Below, in pieces: positions 11,461 to 23,395 of a stretch of 64,000 bases of DNA. The notes below the pieces were generated by a model. That model was not told the DNA's origin. It searched no databases and was given only the letters and a program-made list of their open reading frames with translations. This DNA comes from Schmidtea polychroa (lineage: Eukaryota), in assembly GCA_044892525.1 (NCBI GenBank), contig CM097885.1:37448001-37512000 (forward strand), written 5' to 3'. Position numbers and translations under genes: made by a program. The stretch's first letter is position 1; each line of letters opens with the position of its first letter.

Positions 11461-11751
11461 TATAAGAAACAAATAAAGAATTATAATATATTAGTATCAA
11501 TTATTACAATAAAAAATGTAAAATTAGCCCTAACTAATAATGATGATAATAGGCATTGGGTAAATAAAAATGAAAGTTTAGCATATGGTCATTATAAAAT
11601 AGTTAACACGGTTATGGGTAATAGTAACAATGATGAAATTAATGATCCGGACGAAGATAATGATCAATATGTTCATCCACATTTCCCAAATGATGATTAT
11701 GGTCACCCACACTTTCCATATGAAAGGGAACATCAATATGTACTTGAATGA
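11461..11751 (+). pseudogene. C-terminal fragment of Polinton protein-primed DNA polymerase B
   Basis: Open frame not in the ORF track: ITIKNVKLALTNNDDNRHWVNKNESLAYGHYKI matches the K.ALS..DDKR....T.A.GHY end of Polinton pPolB, followed by an acidic tail to TGA at 11749-11751. Confidence 0.6.
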
Positions 11752-12916
11752 ATTTTGAATTAAAATAAAATTTATTTAATATAATTATTGTTTTAGTTCT
11801 TACTTGTATCATTTACATTTTACATTATTTTATTGTAAAGTATCCTTTAGACTATTTTATTGCGAAATAGTCAAAGTTTTTAATGTTGTGAACAATTTAG
11901 TTATTGTTGGGCTGAATTGAAATAAAAAGCGAGAAAATAAGAAAGTAACATTAAGAAATAGTACAAACATAATAAAAAAATCAGGAAAATAGATTAAAAA
12001 TTAAAAATAAAATAGGATCATAATAAAGATGAAATAATGATTGGCCCGCACACATTCAACATATAAGTATATAAGGCGGGCACTGAAACAAAAATTTCAG
12101 TGTTCACACATATGACTATTTAGATCATTTTCCACTATTCAAAATCAGGACAGCTTTAGATTACCTTTAGGAAACCGCAATCAGAATCAGCCCGCAAATC
12201 ACTCGTCGATTTATTTTGATTTATCATTCAAACCGGACTTTGGAAATCAGAGCTTTTTACTCTACCGAAATTCGATTTAAAGATTTGGTAAATTTGGTTA
12301 TATAGAAGCGAGCGCTGCCGCGACAGCTTAATCGCCGAGAACAGGTCACAGCGTAGCCTCATCAAGTAGCAGTCGGAGGCCCTTCATAAGGTATATTTGC
12401 AAGTCGCAACAACCCGAAAGATCGTAAGTATTCCGATCAACGAGGATAATGTATTCCCCACACATCACGATCAGACTCCGGATAGGCCGCGAACATCAGA
12501 GAAATCGTGCCAAGGCTGCGTAGAGGCAGAACTCTCGCCTAAGCCCAACGACGTTATCTTTACGGGAACTAGCAGAGTGAATCCGAAGATCGTTGCAGCA
12601 TCCAACACACACACCCCTACCAACCCGTCATTAAAGCCCAAACAGTGATAGTTATCCCGAGCCGAACGGAAACGAAAACAAAAGGAAAGAGTCGTCGAAA
12701 AAGAGAAGAAGCGTGTCGCGTAGTGTTGCTCCCGCGACCAATGTGAACTCCGGAGGTCTGGGGCTATTATCTCAGCGGCTGGCATCACGTGGGAAGAGAA
12801 TGCGCCCGAGCTTTTCGATTTGGAGGCCTTGTTGGCGGAAACGGAATGGGAAAAGTGAAAAGATACTCTGGAGCAGGCTGAATTTTTTCTAGTCCGGACT
12901 CTCGCGATTGATAGGA

Positions 12917-13399
12917 TGTGATTAACTGTTTGTTCGTAATATCTACGTTTTAGTACATATTGACAATTTAATAATTTTTTTTGTTTAATTCATTGGGTTT
13001 TGTTTTGTATGCTGTTATTTTCTTTTCCACCACCATAAAGGAATTGTTTTGTTGACTGAGATCTTCGAATAAGATATGACTGGTAACGTGCTCAGAGAAC
13101 GGTGAAGTATCGTGTGGAGGTGGAGTAGTAAGACATAAGGCCTTCTATCGGCAGTCGGAGAATGGAAAGTCGAGGCTTCAGGAAAGAGTAGTCCTAAGAC
13201 AGGGGCTCACCTGTTTGCTGGCGTCTCGCCGACATAGTTCAGTAACAACATGAAGCAATTCATGAGCATTTTGTTGGAACACAGATCGTGTGGAGTACTA
13301 ATGGAGCTGACCAGAAAGTGAAGTGCGGTAGTATGACAGACCACAATCCTCTAGACGGAAATTGAAAATCATTGGAGTCAACCGAGTAGCACCCCAGCA
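12917..13399 (+). mobile_element. LTR (probably a 3' LTR, with internal remnant to its left)
   Basis: TGTGATT...CCCCAGCA termini, preceded by a short purine-rich GATAGGA. Shares GTAGTCCTAAG.(C/T)AGGGGCTCACCTGTTT, GGAGTACT and ATCCTCTAGAC blocks with 14938-15775. Confidence 0.5.
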
Positions 13400-13410
13400 T
13401 TATTAAAAGG

Positions 13411-13412
<2 letters not shown>

Positions 13413-13503
<91 letters not shown>
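13413..13503. repeat. (ATT)n microsatellite
   Basis: Direct observation. Confidence 0.98.
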
Positions 13504-13592
13504 CTGTGTGTGAATTATAACCGAGTGTTTATCACATTCATTGTCATCATTATTGTCACTCGGGTTCAAATATATGTATGTATGACTTTTTA

Positions 13593-13767
13593 NNNNNNNN
13601 NNNNNNNNNNNNNNNNNNNNNNNNNNNNNNNNNNNNNNNNNNNNNNNNNNNNNNNNNNNNNNNNNNNNNNNNNNNNNNNNNNNNNNNNNNNNNNNNNNNN
13701 NNNNNNNNNNNNNNNNNNNNNNNNNNNNNNNNNNNNNNNNNNNNNNNNNNNNNNNNNNNNNNNNNNN
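13593..13767. other. Assembly gap (N)
   Basis: Run of N. Other gaps lie at 22770-22968, 35007-35194, 41881-42036, 51467-51648 and 52449-52583. Confidence 0.99.
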
Positions 13768-13860
13768 CACCATACCACCCCCTAGGGTACCCATACAAAT
13801 AATACGTAATACTGTATATCCTGGGATATTTGGCTTGGTTTATACTCCTCACTACTCTAA
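13768..13860 (+). mobile_element. LTR 5' fragment, same family as 14938
   Basis: CACCATACCACCCCTAGGGTACCCATAC..GGGATATTTGGCTTGGTTTATACTCCTCAC, directly after the gap. Confidence 0.55.
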
Positions 13861-14001
13861 TGAAGTATAATTATTATGTAAGAGGTCAAATATCAATTAT
13901 TATGCAAGAGGTCAAAGGTCAATTATTACATAAGGGGGGTCAAATATTGCATAAAATTTTAAAAATCAATTATTACATAATCAATATATCATTACATCAA
14001 C

Positions 14002-14898
14002 CATGGCCCCCACGTGGGGAGGCTGACAAGGCTCTAGCCCTAGGGCCCGGGATTAATGGGGCCCGTCGTGGCAGATCAGGTTAGATAAATGAGATGAACA
14101 TAAGACAGAAAGAAACTTATTAAATATTGACTTTTGTTTTGTACATATCAACTAAAATTAATTACTGCATTTTGCTATAGGCACATTATATTATCCCGCT
14201 AATCCTCTTATCATCGCGTTGGTGATTTATCTCCATTCGGACATTAATATATACCGTATTGCCGATGGAAAACACTTGTCTGTATTGATACATTTAAAAA
14301 AAATTCAATCGTATTTTGATTTAAAGCTCAAATTTCCAAATACAATTAAAAACTTCGTCAGAACATGCTGCATATTTTATTTGTACAAACATGTTTTTTT
14401 TATTTATAGAGAAGCCTATTCCAATGTTACCAGCTAGTAATTTTTAATGTTTGTTTGTTTTTATAATTTGACTACTTTTTATCAAAAATTAAAATAAATT
14501 AAACTCTTTGTCTGATTTAATTTATAAACACAAATATGGCGCTCAGAAGAGGAAACTAAAAACTGAGAATGAATCAAAAGCATCACAAGGTCGTCGGTTC
14601 ATAACAAAATTTTTCAAAGAAAAGAACATAGCTCCCGATACAGATCAAAGTGAAGGTGGTGGTGATGATAGATATGACATCTACTTTGAGATAATTTTTG
14701 ATATTAGTGTAAGTTTTTACCATAGCCTACCAGTCTAAAATCTGTAGTTTATTTTTAATAAATTTTTAATGTTACTTTCTTGCCATCATTTAATCCGCCC
14801 TATTTTATCCTAATTCCTGAAGAGCATCAAGTGGGATATAGTTTGGGGGCCCGTCGAAAATCCTGGCCTGGGGGTTCACTTTAGGATGTTGGTCCATG
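14002..14898 (+). mobile_element. Non-autonomous hAT element retaining the transposase N-terminus
   Basis: CATGG...CCATG termini, GC-rich GGGCCC subterminal blocks, degenerate 8-bp TSD ACATCAAC/ACGTCACC; internal KYGAQKRKLK..FITKFF resembles a ZMYM1-type hAT N-terminus. Confidence 0.6.
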
Positions 14899-14937
14899 AC
14901 GTCACCTTATATATGATTACGTAACTTTGTAGAATTA

Positions 14938-15775
14938 TGTAACGCCATACCACCCCCATAGGGTGCACATACTAATATTACGTAATATTTTATATCCTGG
15001 GATGTTTGGCTTCGTTTATACTCCTCACTTGTCACTACTCAAGTTAGATAATCCATATTTGGTGCGGCCACTAGGCATTTAGATAGGACCATTAATGTCT
15101 GTAATGCAGCCACAGTCAAATTTTACGTGAGAACCACTGCTCTGGAGTGACTTGAGAAGAAAACGCAACCGAGTACTTTGACTTAGAAGCGTTTTCGCGG
15201 AGACGGTGGCCGACCAGCTATGAGGTTTTCCCTTCACGAACCTCTGATACTATTCATCCAGTTGATGTGAACGAACTATCGCACAGTGATATCATTGTTC
15301 TTGGTGTATTAGTGTTATTAGGGCCAGTTTTCTTCGTAATAATAAAAATTTTCCGTGTTATAAATTCGTTGTTGGTTTTCTGAACTAATATGGTAGATTT
15401 TAGTAAGGGCATTGACGTATGCGGATTTTTCTTTTGTTGTTTTCTAATAAGCTGAGGTGCATGTTGAGAATGTGAGGGAACCATGACATATAGGTCAAGT
15501 GCGTATGAGAGGAGTGAGACGTAAGTCCTTCCACCGGCCGTCAGTCGGAGTAAGTCAAGGCACCACGAAGTAGTCCTAAGGTAGGGGCTCACCTGTTTCG
15601 TGATGTCTTGCTGTCATGGTGTAGTATTAACATAACGCGAATCATGAGTACAATGACGTGAGAACGATCATTTGGAGTACTGCTTAGGTTCGGAAAGTCT
15701 GCGTGAAAGATCTTAAGAGATCGCCATCCTCTAGACAATTATTAGAGTGGGTGCCGACCTGGTGGCACTCCAACA
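14938..15775 (+). mobile_element. Putative solo LTR (about 840 bp)
   Basis: TGTAACG...CTCCAACA termini; 5' part repeated at 9975-10079 and 13768-13860, 3' part homologous to 12917-13399. No clean TSD. Confidence 0.6.
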
Positions 15776-17776
15776 CAATAAAATCTGTCTTGGGACAGTT
15801 GGAGTGATTCTGTGTGCTAGAGTTAATTGATGAAAGTTTTATATATCATTAGAAAAATTAAAAATGTCTATTTTTTATAACCAACAATAAGAATAAAAGT
15901 ATGCTTTATACCAAACCAAAAAATTACTCCCAAAAAATGTTATTTTAAAATTGTATCTCAATAATTATCCTTCGCAACCTTTAAATTGTAAACCTATAAT
16001 TCCTGTGATTTGTTTTCCAAAAATGATATTCGTAATTTTCCTTTCGGATCTCTTTTCCGTAATATTACAAACAATAAACTCGCAAATAGAGCATTTTGGA
16101 AAGCGTTGACTTATTTAGACTTTTACCATTCTATTTGTTTTAACGATTTTTAATTAATTTCTTCGGTAATTCTCAATAGTATTCAGTTTACTATAGATAA
16201 TTGATTTTATTTAAAAATTGCTAGCTATTATTATCACCTCTGTGAAATAGAAAAATAATAACAAAAATACAAAATACACTTTCCATGTAATATATTAATC
16301 ATTATTATTATTTATTTTAATTTATTTAAATAAGATTAATTGACAGAATTTCTTTATCTAATATCAATCTTTTAATCAAAATTAGACCATCTAGCTTCTA
16401 TTTAATTATATTTTAATAATTAAAGAATTTATCTTTAAAAATAAATTAAACAAACTTGAAATTTATCTTTCAGGTGAGCAAATTCGAATAGCATCATAAT
16501 TGAATGTCTAAAAACAGTAACTGAATTAAAACAATCAAATTCTTCATAACATCTAAAAATTTACATAAATATTAATGCTAACTAAATAAATTACTAATTT
16601 ACGTTTAAACAGAATTAGCAATTATTAGATCACAATAATCATTTAAATATTCCAATATTTTAAATATTTAAACAATTTCAAGTTAATTAAAATCTGATTA
16701 AATTTACTAATTTTTATATGTTTTTTGACATTTTATATAAATACCTTTGGTTTTATAAGAAATTTGTACTAGATGTTTTTAATTATGGTAATATTATTTT
16801 TAATTTTGATTATTACTGGACTAATATTTGTTATTATTATTTATATAGTAACATAGATTTTTTAAATATATTAGTTTAATTATTACTTGTTTTTTATTGT
16901 TTAATAAAATATTATTTGTGGAATTAAAGAACCTTTTACAATATTATTTCGATTTAACTGACGATAATGTATATATTTAAAATATTTATGCAGTTTCAGA
17001 GAAAACTAAATCATTGATGTAATATTTTTATTATTTTATTATCAGGGACGTAGCTACCGGGGATCAGTTGGAGCAGTCTGCTCCAGGTGCAAGAATTTAA
17101 GGGCGCAAAATTTAAAGATAAATCTTGTTTTAATAGTAAATCGATTTGAAGATTTTGTTAATAATATGTATTTACACTCGTTAAGCGAAACTTTATTAGT
17201 CAGCGTAATCACAATACGGAACTTCCCCACACATACACAGACTAACACAATTTTTCTGTATAAGCGTGAGAACAATTTTGGTGTGTTTTATTAAATTTAT
17301 TTTGTTGATATTGTGAATTTAGCCCTTTGTGTTTGTGTCGTTCTGTCAATAGTTCCTTTGTTATTTCATAAACGTGGAATTTTAAAAGTAAGTAGTATGT
17401 TTATATTTATTTTTATGAATTTTGATTGCATATATCATCCAACATATATTATAAGTATAATGGTATAATAAGTATTATAATATATCACATATAATATGAG
17501 TAAATTAAAATGCTACACATTAAGTTGAGATAAATCGTAACAAAGTAGATGTATCTAAATGTCAAATTAGAGCTTGTTAAAAGTATTTTGTATAACTTGT
17601 TTAAATAGAGTCATTTTATGAAAATATTATTACATAAAGTATTGGAAGAACATTAGTAATAAATAATATAAAATGTAAAATAAAGTAGAATTAGTGAATT
17701 ATTATTGTAAAAAAATAATTCGTACATAAAATATTTTACTAGTACATATAATGTATAATAAAATAACATAATTATA

Positions 17777-18276
17777 CAGGGTGTTTCAGACTAAATACAC
17801 AATATTTGAACTATAGGTTTATTGCATACACGTTAAAATAAATCTGAAAAAAATTGAAGATTCCAATTTTTAAATTTCACATTTTGCGCCCAAGCGCACG
17901 CCATTGAACGAATAATTTAAAACGTAGCGATTTTGAATGAAATTTTTACTCGAAAAAAAAATAAATATCGTTATTTACAAGCTTTTTTCTGTAATTACTG
18001 ACACGTTTCTTTAACACTTCATAAATGTGTTAGTGAGATATTGATATTTTATGTAAAACATATGTTGTATTGTGGCCTAACTATTAAAGGATAATGCCTT
18101 TATGGGCTCCCGGTCAACGAACCCACCGATTGCGAACGGTACGTCCATTTTCCCTTAAAATTAGGGCGGATTTTTTTTTTAAATTGGAAAAAATAAAAAA
18201 AATATTTAGATTTTATTATTGTGTTTATATTTGGACCCATAGTTAAAATATTGTGTATTAATTCTGAATCACTCTG
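17777..18276. mobile_element. Tc1/mariner-type MITE nested in the hAT
   Basis: TA|CAGGGTGTTTCAGACTAAATACACAATATTTGAACTAT ... ATAGTTAAAATATTGTGTATTAATTCTGAATCACTCTG|TA: about 40-bp imperfect TIRs and TA TSD. Confidence 0.85.
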
Positions 18277-18440
18277 TATATTTATTATGATAATAAATTC
18301 GATTTATTTCTTAATTAAATGATAAAAAATATAAATATTTAAAAATACAGAAAAAAAAACTATTTATAAATAAAAAAATTAAAAGCAGTGAATAAATACA
18401 TAATTTATTATTTTATATATATTTATTACGGCCATTAAAT

Positions 18441-20905
18441 ATGTCAAAGAAGTTAAGTGGTGCTGAATTTAGAAAAAGAAGAATGGAAAAACAAAAACAG
18501 AAAATGACGTTTTAAGAAAAGTCCCTAAAATAACAAGCTTTTCAAGGCCAAAAGATTCAAATACTGCATCCGATTCAAATATTGCATCAAATTCAAATAC
18601 TATATCTGATTCAAATAACATATCCTCTAAAAATCAACTTCAAGTTGACGACTGTTACGAGTCCCATAATAGAAATAGAAACAGATAATCCTCATATTTC
18701 AACGCCTGATGCAACTCAAAATACGGAAATTCATGTTACATCTGACATGGGAAATTTTTCAGATTTAATAACCACCGAAGAAAAACATTTTATTATAAAA
18801 CGAATGGGCCCGTTCCCTAAAGATCTATGTGGTCGTAATTAAAACAGGGGATCCAATGAAAAATATTATTACTCGTATATAGGAAACATAAAAATAAAAA
18901 TACAATGGTTGTGTTATTCAACAAAGAAAAATGTGTGTTACTGTCAACCGTGCTGGCTTTTTGATACTTCAAATTGTGATTTTTGTTTTGTAAGAGGAAC
19001 ATCTGATTGGGTACATTTAACCAGAAATATTGAAACACATGAGGAATCACACCAACACGCAATTTCTTGTGAGATATACTATCAGTGGAAAAGTGGTTCA
19101 ATTATAGATATTGTCAATCAGAACGAAATGAAAAATGCAACCAATTATTGGCGTAAATTATTACGACTTATAGTAGATGTGACTTTAACGCTTGCAACAA
19201 ATAACTGATCTTTGGGGTCATAGAATTACCGAATCAGAAACATCCCAAGGAAACCTTTTAGAGTTAATAAAATTGCTTTCACGTTACGATAGTGTATTGG
19301 TAGAATTATTAAAAAACTGAAAGGCCATATCAATTATTTTAGTCATGATATTCAAAATGAATTAATAAATTTGATTTCTCAAGAAATTAATTAACAAATT
19401 AAAAACGAATTTAAAGAAGCAGCATTTGTGACTATTATAAGTGATACAACACAAGATTTAATCAAAATTGACAATTAAGCACTGTATTTCGCTACGTTTT
19501 AATAATTAAAGATGAAAATGAAAAACTAACTGATATTCAAATAAAGGAAGTGTTTTGTGGATTTTCCCAGATTACCGATCCAACGGCAAGTGAATTGGAA
19601 ACAGGAGTTTTAAAAATTATTGAAAAATTTTTAACTACTGACTTCTCAAAATTACATGGCCAAAGGTACGATGGAGCTGCGAATATGAGCGGTATTTATT
19701 CAGGTTTACAAACGAGAATCAGACAACGAAACCCTGCTGCTAAATTTGTTCACTGTGTTGCCAATGTACAAGAAGTCCGCAGATTTTACGAAGAACTGGA
19801 AAAAATGTACGTATTTTTTAGTTCCGTTGACGTTGGGCGATGTTACTGGAAACAACGCAAAATAACATGGCAAAAATTTTAAAAAGAATTTGCCCAACAC
19901 GATGGTCTTCTCGAGTTCAAGCTCTTGACGCACTGCGTTCACGCTATTTTGATGTTATCAAAATTCTGACTTACTTATGGAAAATCCCTTTTCCATACAT
20001 TAAATGGGAAAAAATGATGAGCAACGTGAAGCTAAAAATTTAAGAAATTATTTTGAACAATTTTCGACAGTCATATAGTAGAAAGTAAAATATTAGAACC
20101 TATTAATTATCTGTCGAAAATATTACAAGGCACCCAGGAAGATATTGAAAAATCTGTAGATATGATATCGTCTCTCCTAACCAAATTCCAAAAGTTGAGG
20201 AATAATTGGGAACTTGTTAAAAACGAAGCTTTGGAATTATCACTTAAATGGAAAATTGAGCCGATTTTTCCCAATAAACTATTGCGTCGCGTGAAAAAAT
20301 TCTATGATGAGTTACAAAAGTAAATGAACGGATTACAAAGGCCGAAGAGTGTTTTAAAATTGAAGTTTTTATACAGTTATGGATATTATTATTAATCAAT
20401 CAACTATTAGGTTTGCGTCCGTTCGACAATTCTATTCAGTATTTAAATGTTTATCACCAAAACATCTCATCACGTCATGTGAAGAAAATATTCTCAACGA
20501 GTCGGAAATCTTGCTTTCAACTTATCCTAATGACATTTCTCTGAGCATTGGGCCCCAATTACTTCGTTTTAAAATTTGCTTTTTTAACCAGTTAGAAAAA
20601 GTTTCATTTATAAGGGAAGTTGCTGAATTACTTTTAATTCACACACCAGCTTCAAGTAGTTTCTCGGAAATAATTACAGCTTGCCTACTTTTTTAACACT
20701 ACCTGTAACTACTGCGGCAGCAGAGAGAAGTTTCTCTAAATTAAAATTAATAAAAACATACATAAGAAGCAGTATGTCCCAACATCGCCTTAGCTCACTA
20801 GCAACTTTATCAATTGAGAGGACAGCCGCTTCCCAACTAGATTTGGATAAAATAATAGATAATTTCGCACGCGAGAAAGTGAGAAAATATTATATATTAC
20901 ACTAA
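18441..20905 (+). pseudogene. hAT transposase pseudogene
   Basis: MSKKLSGAEFRK; WLCYS..CYCQPCWLF (TTF Zn finger); GQRYDGAANMSG..FVHC; PTRWSSR; LPVTTAAAERSFSKLKLIKTY..SIE (dimerization domain). Many stops and frameshifts. Confidence 0.9.
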
Positions 20906-21149
20906 AAACAATTAAATAATGCACTTACTTAATATTTTCCTCAATTTTTGCGACATTTTTGTTAATGATTCAATTTTTTCATGGACATGAAATTTTATTG
21001 AAAAAAATATGACCGTTGGTAACATGTTTAATTTATACGGGCGCCAAAGGCGCTCTTAACTAGCAAATATAATAATGTGATGCATTGAATAAAAAGATTG
21101 GTTTTGGCAGAAAATCGATTGTAAGATTTGAGAAGACTAAAAAGACCAA

Positions 21150-21835
21150 AATAATATATGTAAAAAAAACTTTAAAATACCACGTTTTTCTTGTGGACTA
21201 AAAAGAAACAAATAATTTTTCTGGACATAAATATCTTGAATACATACATACCTAGAGCTTACAGCAATATTCTATAACTAAAAATATGGGGCGCATTTTA
21301 GAATAAGTATCAAAATATTGATGCATAAAGCCTTAATTATACTGGTAAAGCTATAAATATGTTGGTTTTCTAGTAAACAATTGGAACGGATTTTTCATGT
21401 TCACATTCATTTCAATAACAAATTGAATGAAAGTAAAAAATATGTGAATTAAAAATTATAAAGTTAAGAAATTCTATTTATAAAATATGCTGATAATGTA
21501 CCTGAAAATAAGCAATTTAATGATTGAAAAATCATAGATTTTTTTTTAAAACGAAGTTCACACAGTCTCATTGAAGGTTACAAGAGGAAATTAAAGCGAT
21601 ACAGCTAAAGTAGTAAAATTCATGCATTGATAACTTCATGTTCTAGTGATTAACATTCATTAGAAATAACTCATTCAACTAGATTACTAAAATGCGCCCC
21701 ACGTTTTTAGTTATAGAATATTGCTGTAAGCTCTAAGTATGTATTCAAAATATTTATTCCCAGAAAAATTATTTTCTTCTTTCTGGTCCACAAGAAAAAC
21801 GTATTATTTTAAAAAGTTTTTTTACATATATTATT
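21150..21835. mobile_element. Foldback/MITE with long inverted arms
   Basis: 21150-21301 is the imperfect reverse complement of 21687-21835 (about 150-bp arms, about 385-bp spacer). Confidence 0.75.
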
Positions 21836-21985
21836 CGAAGTAATGCCAAAAATAAATAAAAAAATTTGACAGGAAAGTAGTTGTACATAATCTGATTCCA
21901 ATTGTTTTTTCATATTAAACGACAAAAAGTTATTTATCAACACAATAATAGCACTTATTAAACTATATAAATACAAATGCTTATA

Positions 21986-22055
21986 CAGTCGATTCCGCTT
22001 AATTGGGACACATCGGGACTTGGGCATTTTGTCCCAATTAAGCGAATTTCACATT
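21986..22055 (+). mobile_element. pogo/Tigger-like terminus (one end only)
   Basis: TA|CAGTCGATTCCGCTTAATTGGGACAC..GTCCCAATTAAGCG: TA flank and internal palindrome. Partner TIR not seen. Confidence 0.5.
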
Positions 22056-22279
22056 TTTTAAAATTCATTGATTTGGTTTTGGCAACTAAGGCCATTAACC
22101 AGTAATACACAAATAAAATTAAACAATGCATATTTTTTTCAATAATTTTATTTTATAATTTCTTGGAAACTGTAAATTACATATAGGTAATATAAATTAT
22201 CATATAAATTACAATGATTTTCAATAAAATATTTTCCGAGAGGTGGTTTGTGAGCTGCAGGCCCTTATCCATCTACTTA

Positions 22280-22283
<4 letters not shown>

Positions 22284-22359
<76 letters not shown>
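22284..22359. repeat. (AAT)n microsatellite
   Basis: Direct observation. Confidence 0.98.
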
Positions 22360-22360
<1 letters not shown>

Positions 22361-23315
22361 TTTGATATAAAATTTCTCAATAAATAATCCTCAGCAATTC
22401 GTCATTGGGATCATTATGCATCAACCAATCCAATCTGGGATTGCCACTAGTATCATCCGGCAAGTAGTTTGTCTTACGTCTAATAAAAGAGGCACTTGTT
22501 GAATCTGTTCCCAGTTAATTTAATAAGCATCACTACCGTAAAATCGATCGACGCACATTCGTTATCCATTTTCCGAGTTTGATGTGGCCTTAATCAAATT
22601 TCACTGTTTTTCAACGGTAACCGCCATTATTTAAGGATGTCTAATTTGATTTATGTTAAAAAGAGTGCAGCAGCTGTTTAACAAGATTTTCTCATTTAAT
22701 AGTCAACTTCACCATAATGGAATTGAATTCAACAAAATATTTAAAAAGCATTTCAGGAAATAATAAAAANNNNNNNNNNNNNNNNNNNNNNNNNNNNNNN
22801 NNNNNNNNNNNNNNNNNNNNNNNNNNNNNNNNNNNNNNNNNNNNNNNNNNNNNNNNNNNNNNNNNNNNNNNNNNNNNNNNNNNNNNNNNNNNNNNNNNNN
22901 NNNNNNNNNNNNNNNNNNNNNNNNNNNNNNNNNNNNNNNNNNNNNNNNNNNNNNNNNNNNNNNNNNNNAAACATTTTTTAATATATACATTAAATGAGTA
23001 ACAACAGTTAGCATTCGTTTCATATTATATTCAAAGACTATTTTAGATTATAAATTAATCTTTCTCAATCTGATCCGAATTAAAGCCACGCTTTAATATT
23101 TTCAACTGAATATCTTTCTGCTTTTCTCTTATGCATATTTGTTATTTAAAATTAAAAAATATGTAAATCAGTTAAAATAAAATATGAAAAAAATTAATTT
23201 TTTTAAAACAATAAAAAATAATTTTAATTTTCATGTTTTATAACAATTTTAAGTTTTTTATTTTTCAATCTAATTTTCCAAGAATTTGTTAAAATTTAAA
23301 AAATATGTATAAAAA

Positions 23316-23318
<3 letters not shown>

Positions 23319-23394
<76 letters not shown>
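23319..23394. repeat. (ATT)n microsatellite
   Basis: Direct observation. Confidence 0.98.

Positions 23395-23395
<1 letters not shown>

Larger units (their letters stand above)
17043..21064 (+). mobile_element. hAT transposon (ZMYM1/TTF-zinc-finger type), decayed; right end truncated
   Basis: Left terminus CAGGGACGTAGCTA; internal degenerate transposase; right subterminal GGGCGCC..CTAGC without a full TIR. Confidence 0.75.

Noticed and set aside
11884-12916. 5' LTR plus leader pairing with 12917-13399 as one complete element
   Set aside because: The putative 5' LTR shows no similarity to 12917-13399 and no clear PBS is present.
13378-13852. ORFs spanning N-gaps (also at 22709-23023, 34973-35270, 51388-51848, 52430-52618) and poly-Ile or IY-repeat ORFs
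   Set aside because: Artefacts of N runs and of (ATT)n or (AT)n microsatellites.
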